The position numbers and the translations under genes are program-made. A DNA stretch of 64,000 bases, from assembly GCA_045612845.1 (NCBI GenBank), contig JAZKZV010000023.1, positions 71,819 through 135,818 on the forward strand, given 5' to 3'. Shown here piece after piece: positions 29,403-38,294 of this stretch. Within the stretch, counting starts at the first letter, position 1. Every line of letters begins with the position of its first letter. Origin of the DNA: Clostridia bacterium. GTDB lineage: Bacteria; Bacillota; Clostridia; UBA1381. Below the pieces are notes generated by a model, which was given only the letters and a program-made list of their open reading frames with translations, ran no database searches and was not told the origin of the DNA.

Positions 29403-31106
29403 ATGGAAAATTTAGCAATGTACAAAAAACCTCTTTACGAGGCAAGGAAAATCAAAGACCTCAGAGACATGATAAGAAGCAGTTGTGAAATATATGCTGA
29501 TAAAACTGCATTTTTGTCTAAGGTGGACGGTAAATATGAACCCACCACCTATAAGAAGTATTGGGAGGATATAAAAGCTCTCGGAACAAAGCTTACAGAT
29601 ATGGGCTTAAAAGGTGAAAAAATTGCAGTAGTAGGTGAGGCTTCTTACAGATGGGCACTTACTTATCTTGCAGTAGTATGCGGTGTTGGTGTTATTGTGC
29701 CTTTGGATAAGGAGCTTCCACAAGAGGAAATGAAAAACCTTATAGATATTGCAAATGTTAAGATGATTATATACTCACCAAAGGTTAAGACGATTACAGA
29801 CGATATTGTAGTGGACTACAAAATACCTATGGGAGAGGACTTTGATAAGCTTGTAGAAGAAGGATATGAGTTATTAAAAAATGGCGATACAAGATATCTT
29901 GATGCTACAATAGATGCAGAGGAACTGTCAATTCTTTTATTCACATCAGGTACAACGGGCATGGCGAAAGGTGTTATGCATAACCACCGTACAATATGCG
30001 TAAATCTTGAGTCTATGGTTTCTATGTTTTATATAGGTTCTGATGATGTGTTCCTTTCGGTGTTGCCGATACATCATACATATGAATGTACATGTGGATT
30101 CTTGTGTGCACTTTATCGCGGAAGTACCATTGCATATTGCGAGGGCTTAAAGTACGTTGCAAAAAATCTTAAAGAGGCAAAAGCTACAATAGTTTTGGGT
30201 GTGCCTCTGTTATTTGAGAAAATGTACAACACAATAAACAAGACAATAGATAAAAACGGAATGAGAAAAAAGGTTGACTTTGCAATAAAGCTAAGTAACT
30301 TCTTAAAGATTTTCGGCATTGATGTTACCAAAAAGCTATTTAAACAAATTCATGATAATTTTGGCGGAAACTTAAGAGCGTTCATAAGCGGTGCAGCAGG
30401 TATTGACCCCAAAATTCCAAAGGGCTTCAGAAATTTTGGTATACAGCTTGTTCAAGGCTATGGACTGACAGAGTGCGCGCCTATAGCAGCACTTAACCGT
30501 GATTTTCTGTTCAAGGATGATGCGGCAGGACTTCCTTTACCGGGTGTTGAGCTGAAAATTGACAGTCCGAACGCAGATGGTGTCGGCGAGGTACTTATAA
30601 AGGGACGAAATGTAATGATGGGCTATTACAATGCTCCTGATCTTACAGCCGAGGCAATCGTTGACGGTTGGTACCACAGTGGTGATTTGGGATATATTGA
30701 TGAGGATTCATTCCTACATATCACAGGAAGAATGAAGAGTGTTATTATTACAAAGAATGGTAAAAATGTATTCCCCGAAGAGCTTGAATCATATCTTGGA
30801 AGAAGTAAGTACGTCGAAGAAAGCCTTGTTTTAGGAAAAGAAAACAATGATGACGTAGTTATATCAGTACAGATAATACCTAACTATGCAGAGGTTGAGG
30901 CAGAGCTTGGAAATGATTATACAGAAGAACAGCTTATTAAGCTCCTAAAAGATGAAGTGGCAAAGGTAAATGATGTTGTTCAGGGTTATAAGCGTATTAC
31001 AAAATTCAGCATAAGAACACGTCCGTTCGAGAAAACAACAACCCAGAAAATCCAGAGATTTAAGAGTGAAAATATTTCCGAAGAGGGAAATATAATAGGT
31101 AAGTAA
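29403..31106 (+). CDS. AMP-dependent acyl-CoA synthetase (long-chain fatty-acid CoA ligase-like)
   Basis: AMP-binding motif LFTSGTTGMAKGV, with YGLTE and GDLGYID. Confidence 0.8.
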   Translation: MENLAMYKKPLYEARKIKDLRDMIRSSCEIYADKTAFLSKVDGKYEPTTYKKYWEDIKALGTKLTDMGLKGEKIAVVGEASYRWALTYLAVVCGVGVIVPLDKELPQEEMKNLIDIANVKMIIYSPKVKTITDDIVVDYKIPMGEDFDKLVEEGYELLKNGDTRYLDATIDAEELSILLFTSGTTGMAKGVMHNHRTICVNLESMVSMFYIGSDDVFLSVLPIHHTYECTCGFLCALYRGSTIAYCEGLKYVAKNLKEAKATIVLGVPLLFEKMYNTINKTIDKNGMRKKVDFAIKLSNFLKIFGIDVTKKLFKQIHDNFGGNLRAFISGAAGIDPKIPKGFRNFGIQLVQGYGLTECAPIAALNRDFLFKDDAAGLPLPGVELKIDSPNADGVGEVLIKGRNVMMGYYNAPDLTAEAIVDGWYHSGDLGYIDEDSFLHITGRMKSVIITKNGKNVFPEELESYLGRSKYVEESLVLGKENNDDVVISVQIIPNYAEVEAELGNDYTEEQLIKLLKDEVAKVNDVVQGYKRITKFSIRTRPFEKTTTQKIQRFKSENISEEGNIIGK

Positions 31107-31110
31107 AGAA

Positions 31111-31145
31111 AAAGACCATCTCATTTTATGAGATGGTTTTTTTGT
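31111..31145. terminator. bidirectional terminator overlapping the AraC gene end
   Basis: ACCATCTCAT / ATGAGATGGT stem with flanking A- and T-runs. Confidence 0.7.
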
Positions 31146-31980
31146 TTGTATATATACCCTTATAATATGATGGGGAGTGTTGTTTATATTTTTTAAATAC
31201 TCTGTTAAAATATGATAATGATGAAAATCCAACCTCATAGCAGATATCGGAAATAGTCATATCGGTTTTTAAGAGCTCCTGTGCATGGTGAATTCTGATG
31301 AAGTTTATGTAATCCATAATTGTGTAGCCTGTTGTTTTTTTAAACAATCTGCAGATATAACTTTTATTGAGATTTAACTGACTTGCAAAGAAATCCAAAG
31401 ACAACTTCTCTTTGTAGTTACTAAGTACATATTCAAATATAGGCTTTAGAGTTAAAAATGTATTTTTATCGATATTTATTTCCTCTGCCTTTATAAAACC
31501 TTTTTTATAGAGTAAGGCAGTTATTATATGCATATCTGAAATTACATAATAATCATTTGTGATATTTTTTTCGTTATTTTTCTGATACATATCCTTAATA
31601 CAGTCAAGAAGCTCGCTATATTGGGGGTCGCTCGTTTTAAAGACATACATAGAAACGGGCGTACGTTGCCAGAAGGCGGATAAATATTTAAAATCATCAT
31701 TCAACAAGGATGGGGAGCTGAACTGTACAAGAATCTGTGAAGCGTTGTCGGTCAGATTCTCGGTTGCGTGAGGGATGTTGCTGTTTATAAAAATTATCTC
31801 ATTTTTACTGCCAACAACATCACACTGCTCGTTATAGCATCTTAGCTTGCCTGATGTTATATACAAAAATTCAAGCTCGGGGTGTAGGTGTACATCACAT
31901 ATTATTCCGCGTTTTTTCTTTGAACATGTTTTAACACAAGTGGCTCTGTTGGGATTTAGTTGTATTTTTTCAACATTCAT
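31126..31980 (-). CDS. AraC-family transcriptional regulator (cupin + HTH)
   Basis: C-terminal AraC HTH (ICYEVGFSSLSYFNRVFKK). Divergent from the phosphorylase gene. Confidence 0.8.
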   Translation of the reverse strand: MNVEKIQLNPNRATCVKTCSKKKRGIICDVHLHPELEFLYITSGKLRCYNEQCDVVGSKNEIIFINSNIPHATENLTDNASQILVQFSSPSLLNDDFKYLSAFWQRTPVSMYVFKTSDPQYSELLDCIKDMYQKNNEKNITNDYYVISDMHIITALLYKKGFIKAEEINIDKNTFLTLKPIFEYVLSNYKEKLSLDFFASQLNLNKSYICRLFKKTTGYTIMDYINFIRIHHAQELLKTDMTISDICYEVGFSSLSYFNRVFKKYKQHSPSYYKGIYTNKKTIS

Positions 31981-32144
31981 TTATTTCTCCTTATATGTCA
32001 ATATAGTTCAAATATTTGTCAAAATAAATATAGCTTTTAAAAGGAAATGTTTGATATTATTGTATTATTAAGCAAAATATTTGCTTGCGTAAATTATACC
32101 ATATAAAAGAGTGAATGTCAATATTTTATTTGGAGGATGAAGTG

Positions 32145-34418
32145 ATGTACAACTTTAACGACCTAAAAAGAGAAATTGAAATTAAAAAATATAATACGCC
32201 AACACCATGGATGAACTATCTCTCAAATGGTACATTCCACACAATGATTTCCCAGGCGGGGGGCGGTGTAGCATTTTATAAAAGCCCTCAGATATGGCGA
32301 ATAAATCACTATAAATTCTTTCATATACCAACAGACAGAAGTGGATTTTATATATACATAAAAGACGGTAATGAGTATTGGTGTCCTACAAATGAACCAT
32401 GCAAAACAAAGCCGCAAAAATGGAGTGCTAATCACGGAATGGGATATACCCGTTTTGAAGCGCAAAGAAACGGAATACAAACCACTGCAACATATTTTGT
32501 GGGTAAATATGAAAATTGTCTTATATGGAATCTAACATTAAAATCGGATACGGATAAAAAAATCACTGTTTTCCCATATGTAGAGCTTGGAATGATGGAG
32601 TTTATGCGCGAACTTCAATGGCAATGTTATAATAAGCATCAGCTTACCTGTAAAAATGAAGGAGATATACTAGTCTATACATATGGTGTGGAAAATCAAC
32701 CAAAGCCTGATGAGACACCGCTTGTATACTTTGCAAGTGATGTGCCAATAACTGCATATGATTGCGACAGAGATGAGTTTGTGGGAAGTTACAGAAGTGA
32801 GGAAAATCCGCAGAATGTAGAAAATGGTAGATGCACAAATTCGACAATGTATGGCGGCGACCCATGTTTCGCATTGCAACTTGATATTGAACTTAAAGCT
32901 CACGAGGAAAAAGAGATAAATATATTCCTCGGAACTGAAATGACAAATGAGGGTATACAAAAATCAGTTACACATTGCAGAGAAATGGATTTTGTACAAA
33001 AATCATTTGATGCACTTAACGAGCAGTGGGATACTTACCTCAACAAATTCCAGTGCGAAATCCCTGATAAAGATGCCCAGACGTTAATAAATATCTGGAA
33101 TCCGTATCAGGCGGAAAGAAATTTTCAGTTTTCGAGAAATATAAGCTATTATGCTACGGGAACTTTCAGGGGAGTAGGTGTAAGAGATACTGCTCAGGAT
33201 ATTTTATCAATGGTTCCGTTTGATTTAAGACGTGCAAAGGATAAGCTTAATCTGTTGTTTTCTCAACAGTACAAGGACGGACATTGTAACCACTATTGTT
33301 TCCCTTATGAGGGTTGGGAACCTGTAACACGTATACATTCAGACAACCATTTGTGGCTTGTTATGGCATGCTATAATATAGTTGTTGAGGAGGGTAATTT
33401 AGATTACCTCGATGAAGTTGTTGAATACTACGATGGAGGAGAGGCAACTGTGTGGGAGCATATACAAAAATCTATAGATTTTTGTATGGAAAATCTGGGC
33501 GAGAATGGATTCCCTCTTATGCTTTCGTCAGACTGGAATGATATGCTTTATCGTGTATGTCAAAAGGGAAAGGGTGAAAGTATATGGACATCTATGCAAT
33601 TCGGTACAGTATTACTGCAGATTGCCGAGATTGCCAAATTAAAAGACGGAGATTATAAAAAATATCTTGATATATATAATGAACAAAAGAAATTAGTAAA
33701 TACTGTTGCATGGGATGGTGAATGGTACAGAAGATGTATCACAGATGAGGGTAAATTCATTGGTTCGAAAACAGAGCCGCAGGCAAAAATATGGCTCAAT
33801 ACTCAAAGCTGGTCTGTTATTTCGCAAATGGGTGATGACGGTGAAAAGGCAATGGACAGTGTAAAAAAACATCTTGATACACCACTTGGAATTAAAAAGA
33901 TTGAACCGGCAATGACAACGGATTATCCGACAAAAGAGGGAGCACTCACCTGTTATAATAAAGGTTGTGGTGAGAATGGAAGTGTATTCTGCCATGCAAA
34001 TACATGGGCAATTATTGCAGAGTGTATGCTTAACCGCCCTCAAAATGCATATAAATATTATCACCAACTTATGCCTGTGATTGCACAGAAAAAGGCAGGG
34101 GAGTGGCGGTATAAAGCAGAACCCTATGTATACGCCTCAAACATATTCGGTCCTGAAAGTGATAAATTTGGTCTGGCAAATGTAAGCTGGCTTACCGGTA
34201 CTGCTTCGTGGATGTATATAGCGGTTACTCAATATATGCTTGGTGTAAAAGCTAAATGGGACGGGCTGGATATTTCACCATGCTTGAGTGATGAAATGTT
34301 GCCTGCAAAGGTAACAAGAGAATTCCGCGGATGCAGATATGAGATTACAATAACAAAAAATGAGAAGTTATTTATTCCGCATGTTAAGGGCAGAAAACAA
34401 TTAGAAGTTACTATATAA
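32145..34418 (+). CDS. GH94-like glycoside phosphorylase (cellobiose/chitobiose phosphorylase family)
   Basis: N-terminus TPTPWMNYLSNG...GGGVAFYKS and the SSDWNDML catalytic-Asp motif. Start chosen at ATG 32145, 7 nt after GGAGGA. Confidence 0.6.
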   Translation: MYNFNDLKREIEIKKYNTPTPWMNYLSNGTFHTMISQAGGGVAFYKSPQIWRINHYKFFHIPTDRSGFYIYIKDGNEYWCPTNEPCKTKPQKWSANHGMGYTRFEAQRNGIQTTATYFVGKYENCLIWNLTLKSDTDKKITVFPYVELGMMEFMRELQWQCYNKHQLTCKNEGDILVYTYGVENQPKPDETPLVYFASDVPITAYDCDRDEFVGSYRSEENPQNVENGRCTNSTMYGGDPCFALQLDIELKAHEEKEINIFLGTEMTNEGIQKSVTHCREMDFVQKSFDALNEQWDTYLNKFQCEIPDKDAQTLINIWNPYQAERNFQFSRNISYYATGTFRGVGVRDTAQDILSMVPFDLRRAKDKLNLLFSQQYKDGHCNHYCFPYEGWEPVTRIHSDNHLWLVMACYNIVVEEGNLDYLDEVVEYYDGGEATVWEHIQKSIDFCMENLGENGFPLMLSSDWNDMLYRVCQKGKGESIWTSMQFGTVLLQIAEIAKLKDGDYKKYLDIYNEQKKLVNTVAWDGEWYRRCITDEGKFIGSKTEPQAKIWLNTQSWSVISQMGDDGEKAMDSVKKHLDTPLGIKKIEPAMTTDYPTKEGALTCYNKGCGENGSVFCHANTWAIIAECMLNRPQNAYKYYHQLMPVIAQKKAGEWRYKAEPYVYASNIFGPESDKFGLANVSWLTGTASWMYIAVTQYMLGVKAKWDGLDISPCLSDEMLPAKVTREFRGCRYEITITKNEKLFIPHVKGRKQLEVTI

Positions 34419-34425
34419 TTATGGG

Positions 34426-34458
34426 AAAGGTTGCAAAATATTTTGCAACCTTTTTATA
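34426..34458. terminator. bidirectional terminator between the phosphorylase gene and spoIIID
   Basis: AAAGGTTGCAAAA / TTTTGCAACCTTT stem. Confidence 0.8.
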
Positions 34459-34461
34459 TTA

Positions 34462-34740
34462 TTATTTGTGTATTTTAAGTTCTCTTTGTATGCGATACTT
34501 GTTCTTAGTTGCCAATCCACCGCGTATATGTCGTTCCGCTTTATTAGTGTCAAGAACCTTTTTTGTTTCGGTGTAAAGTTGCGGATTTATCTTTAACAGT
34601 CGTTCGTGCACATCCTTATGTACGGTACTTTTACTTATATTAAAAACCTTTGCGGTCTTCCTGACTGTTGTGTTGTTTTCTGTTATGTATTGTGCAAGCT
34701 CTATTGCTCGTTTTTCTATATAATCCTTCAAAAATTCCAC
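34462..34740 (-). CDS. spoIIID: sporulation transcriptional regulator SpoIIID
   Basis: 92 aa with a GTG start. HTH TVRKTAKVFNISKSTVHKDV and the basic tail RHIRGGLATK. Confidence 0.85.
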   Translation of the reverse strand: MEFLKDYIEKRAIELAQYITENNTTVRKTAKVFNISKSTVHKDVHERLLKINPQLYTETKKVLDTNKAERHIRGGLATKNKYRIQRELKIHK

Positions 34741-34755
34741 CGACCTTTCTTCTAC

Positions 34756-34784
34756 AATATATGAACTTTATAGGTGAATTATGA
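34756..34784 (-). promoter_or_regulatory. possible sigma-E type promoter of spoIIID
   Basis: On the minus strand, TCATAATT then 13 nt then CATATATT, loosely like the ATATT / CATACA-T consensus. Confidence 0.3.
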
Positions 34785-34836
34785 GATGAAATTTTTATTT
34801 GTATATACGCAGTTTCTACAAAATTTAATAACGGTA

Positions 34837-34865
34837 TTGTTATTTTTAAGATGTTGTGGTAGAAT
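34837..34865 (+). promoter_or_regulatory. sigma-A type promoter driving modular element copy 3
   Basis: TTGTTA (34837-34842), 17-nt spacer, TGG-TAGAAT (34860-34865). Confidence 0.6.
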
Positions 34866-34867
34866 AG

Positions 34868-35070
34868 ATTTAACAAAGTTAAATCTATTCAGCTAAATTC
34901 GCCTGACGACGAGCTAAATTGACTTCGTCAGCTAAATTTGTTAACACAAGCTAAATGTGCTTCGCACGCTAAAAGCGAATTTAATTTAGCTGTTTCTAAG
35001 AAACAATTTGGCTATCGAATGAAATGAGATAATTTGGCTTTGAACTTTAGTTCAAAATTTAGCTAAAAAG
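34868..35070 (+). ncRNA. modular AGCTAAAT/mini-hairpin element, copy 3 (most complete)
   Basis: 5' box TTTAACAAAGTTAAAT. AGCTAAAT at 34891, 34912, 34930 and 34949, and GCTAAAA at 34968. Interleaved hairpins TGAC-TTC-GTCA, TTGT-TAAC-ACAA and GTGC-TTC-GCAC. Closing stem TAAATTCGC (34894-34902) / GCGAATTTA (34975-34983). 3' hairpins GTTTC-TAA-GAAAC and TTGAAC-TTTA-GTTCAA. Confidence 0.55.
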
Positions 35071-35263
35071 GTTGACATCTAAATTGTATACTGATTTATT
35101 ACTGATTTCAACAAAGATGAAATCAGAATATAAATCTTTTGAGAGATTTCGATTGTAGAGAAGGAGTTTGCTCCTTCCAAAAAAAACATATCGATTTCAG
35201 GACAGTAAAAATATCGGATAAGCTTTAGTTTGTATATCGGCAGAGTTTAGAAAGGAAGGCAAA

Positions 35264-35680
35264 ATGAAGAAGGTTGTAATGTTTGGAATAATTGCTATGA
35301 TGTGTTTGTTCTTGATATCTTGCGGGAATGAGGCACAAAACATAAGTGTGTGGGAAAGTGCTACATACCTGGAGGATACGACATTTGGTGATGGCTCAAA
35401 AACTGTATTGGTGGAAATTGAGGCAGAGGACAGGTCTGTAACATTTACAATAAACACCGACCAAGAAAAACTTGGTGATGCCTTGCTTGAACATGACCTG
35501 GTATCCGGAGAAAAGGGAGCATATGGACTTTATATTAAAACAGTAAACGGAATTACTGCTGACTATAACATAAATAAAACATACTGGGCTATTACAAAAG
35601 ATGGCGAGAGTATGCTTAGCGGTGTTGATAGTACTGATATCTCAGACGGAGAGCACTATGAGTTGGTTTATACGAAATAA
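35264..35680 (+). CDS. DUF4430-type lipoprotein (transcobalamin-like fold family)
   Basis: Lipobox LFLISCG. Small secreted beta-rich domain. Confidence 0.5.
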   Translation: MKKVVMFGIIAMMCLFLISCGNEAQNISVWESATYLEDTTFGDGSKTVLVEIEAEDRSVTFTINTDQEKLGDALLEHDLVSGEKGAYGLYIKTVNGITADYNINKTYWAITKDGESMLSGVDSTDISDGEHYELVYTK

Positions 35681-35711
35681 ACTGAAAACTAAAACTGATG
35701 AGGGTTGAACT

Positions 35712-35969
35712 ATGAAAAATAATCATACATATTTTAAAAATACTGAATGTGAATATTTTCCTTGTCATAAAATGAATGGTGAAACTTTTAACTGTCTGTT
35801 TTGCTATTGTCCGTTATATGATTTGGACGACAAGTGTGGGGGAAAGTTTTCTTACACAGAAGACGGGGTAAAGGACTGTTCGGATTGTCTTATTCCGCAT
35901 AGCGAAAATGGATATTCTTATGTAATGTCCAAAATTTCCCGAACAGGCAACAAAAATAAAACCGAATAA
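35712..35969 (+). CDS. cysteine-rich small domain protein (metal-binding)
   Basis: CEYFPCH...CLFCYCPLY...CSDC pattern. Confidence 0.5.
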   Translation: MKNNHTYFKNTECEYFPCHKMNGETFNCLFCYCPLYDLDDKCGGKFSYTEDGVKDCSDCLIPHSENGYSYVMSKISRTGNKNKTE

Positions 35970-35997
35970 AAAAGACCGTTTTCATAAACGATCTTTT

Positions 35998-37323
35998 TTA
36001 TTGTTCAAGACTATATAAAAAATATGTAATTGCAAGCAAATCTGCACACCCACCGGGAGAGAGATTTCTCTTTATAAAAGCGTCATCTATAGATTCAATC
36101 TGTTTTTTTGTCGGTTCGGGGCAGTCCGTTAGCAACTGTCTTGCAGTTTGCATGGCATATTCAGCCCCCTCTGTTCCTCCGCGATGATAAAGGTTTGTAT
36201 CTTTAACGCTTGAAATCAGGTGGAGTAAGGTAATAGCGCCTGCGTCATTTGGACTAAAATTCTTGTTGCTAAAACTTTTGTAACAAGGAAGACTGATTTT
36301 TGTAACAGATTCAAATCCGGTAGCGGCCTCGCCGCGGATTCCTGTCAAACCATATTTTAGATAAAGCCTGCCGCCTGCGGTTGTTGTATCTATTTGTTTA
36401 AAATCCTCTATAACAGCTTTTTTAACCATGTTTGCACATTCTGAACATATATCACAAATACTTCTAAATGGAGCTTGGGGGAGCCATAGTCTTCCAATAG
36501 CGGCACAGAGTATGCCTATAGAATATATAGCGCCTTTATGAGTATTAACTCCGCATGTTGCCTCAAACATAGTTTTTTCGGCTATAATGCCGGCACTACG
36601 CAATTTTAAAAATGTTTCGTCAGGTGAAAGAGCACAGGTGTTTTTACCAATAGAAAAACATTCGTCAAAATAAGGTTTAAGAGCGTGTGCACTTTTTTCA
36701 AAGGTGTTGATATCCATATCTGTATGACTGCCATTATTGCGACAATCCACAAGCCCCGGTTTTGGGGTGGTATATACTTCGTCTAAAAGGCTTTTTACAG
36801 CAAGAGATGAAACTTTTTCTTTGTCTGTGAGGAAAAAATAAATTTCCATTATTTCGTTAGTAACAGCCTGCAGTTCTTTGACCGGATGAGCTCTTGTGGC
36901 TGCGCAAAATCTTCCGGGACTTTTGCAAACAAAACAACTGCGGGGATTTTCTCTTTCGAGTTTAATTCCGTCTGTGTTTATTACATCCATATCAAATAAT
37001 CTTCCTATAGATACGCTTTCCTCGATATGTGTGCAAATTGCTTTTAGTGTTTGTATATCACAATTTACAGAAAATATCGCCTCGCAGCCGGTGGGTTGGG
37101 TAATTATTTCCTGATGAATTATACTGCCTTTAGGTAATTTTTCCTTTAAAAGATGTATGCCCTCAAAAAATGAACGTTCAATCAATGGCGAGGTTTTTAT
37201 AGGACCTGCAATGTTCATTGTAAAGCTGATAAGAGGGTAGTTAAAGCGGTTGAGTGTGTTTTTTTGCCTTTTTGCACGTTCGTCGCGTGCGTCAAGTATC
37301 TGATTAAGAGTAACTGATGTCAT
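35998..37323 (-). CDS. citXG: fused CitX-CitG (holo-ACP synthase + triphosphoribosyl-dephospho-CoA synthase)
   Basis: The N-terminal ~170 aa are CitX-like. The C-terminal part is CitG-like and ends in GGCADLLAITYFL. Confidence 0.7.
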   Translation of the reverse strand: MTSVTLNQILDARDERAKRQKNTLNRFNYPLISFTMNIAGPIKTSPLIERSFFEGIHLLKEKLPKGSIIHQEIITQPTGCEAIFSVNCDIQTLKAICTHIEESVSIGRLFDMDVINTDGIKLERENPRSCFVCKSPGRFCAATRAHPVKELQAVTNEIMEIYFFLTDKEKVSSLAVKSLLDEVYTTPKPGLVDCRNNGSHTDMDINTFEKSAHALKPYFDECFSIGKNTCALSPDETFLKLRSAGIIAEKTMFEATCGVNTHKGAIYSIGILCAAIGRLWLPQAPFRSICDICSECANMVKKAVIEDFKQIDTTTAGGRLYLKYGLTGIRGEAATGFESVTKISLPCYKSFSNKNFSPNDAGAITLLHLISSVKDTNLYHRGGTEGAEYAMQTARQLLTDCPEPTKKQIESIDDAFIKRNLSPGGCADLLAITYFLYSLEQ

Positions 37324-37341
37324 TTTTTTCGCCCGGTATAA

Positions 37342-38277
37342 TTACATAATAAGGTCGGATTGCTTCTTTTGTTGTAAATCGAGCTTTTGAAGATTACTTT
37401 CCGCATTTTTTCCAACACAGCCCACCAACAAATACCGACGGTTAAAACGGTCATATATAAAGTGATTAAGTAAGTGGAAGTTTTCGATCATTCCTGTTTG
37501 ACTAACATGTATTCGCGGACCGGTGCAAAAATGCTGCTGTCCTCCGATGGATATGTGGTTGTTGTCTACATAGTCGACCGGAAGATTTTTTGCAATCATT
37601 TCATTAACCTGTTTCTCAACTTCAAGAATATCAAAATCAGGCTTTGTTTCAGGGAATGTTATAACAAAACCGTGTTTAACATCGTCATGACCGCATCGTG
37701 CCATTTCTTTTTCGGGCATACAAAGCTCGCATAAATCCTCTGCAGTATGAGCCATCAGACGATATGAAAGGGATTCGTATACTCTGTCGCGTATTTCCTG
37801 AGGCTCTGGGCCGAAAATGTTGGGCCTTGAGAGTAATACCTGCTCGCCGACACCTATAATGAGATTAGCATTGAATCCGAGTAATGGATATATAAGGTCA
37901 AAATGTTCTACAATAACTCGTTTTCCGTTGTGCAAGGCCTCTGTAATTGCATCTGCCAGAACGCTCATTTGGGTAAAAGCATTTTCAAAGCGAATATCAA
38001 CGTGATAGGTGTGCGGAGAAAAATACCCGTCATCTTGTTCCAGAAGCGGAAGAGGACGTACATAAACTCCGTCATCGTCGTTGGTAAGTTCAAGACCCGG
38101 GAACATTCCTCTGAGTAAAGCGCTTTTGCCTGAGCCTGCATCGCCCACAACACCGATGAGCTTATCAAAAGGAGAAAGGTATAGTTGAGCAAGCTGCATG
38201 CCGAGGGCATACATACGATGATGTCCTCTAGGTGCAAAATAACTGCTTAAAATATGGTTTTTCTGACGTTCCTGCAT
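37342..38277 (-). CDS. P-loop protein of unknown function
   Basis: Walker A-like GDAGSGKS followed by LELTNDDDGVYV, vaguely like the HPr-kinase P-loop region. 18-19-nt gaps to citC and citXG. Confidence 0.5.
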   Translation of the reverse strand: MQERQKNHILSSYFAPRGHHRMYALGMQLAQLYLSPFDKLIGVVGDAGSGKSALLRGMFPGLELTNDDDGVYVRPLPLLEQDDGYFSPHTYHVDIRFENAFTQMSVLADAITEALHNGKRVIVEHFDLIYPLLGFNANLIIGVGEQVLLSRPNIFGPEPQEIRDRVYESLSYRLMAHTAEDLCELCMPEKEMARCGHDDVKHGFVITFPETKPDFDILEVEKQVNEMIAKNLPVDYVDNNHISIGGQQHFCTGPRIHVSQTGMIENFHLLNHFIYDRFNRRYLLVGCVGKNAESNLQKLDLQQKKQSDLIM

Positions 38278-38294
38278 ATTTAGTTCCTCCTGAA

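Noticed and set aside
35071-35263. Cobalamin riboswitch ahead of the DUF4430 gene
   Set aside because: No B12-box-like sequence or the usual GC-rich multi-stem core is visible.
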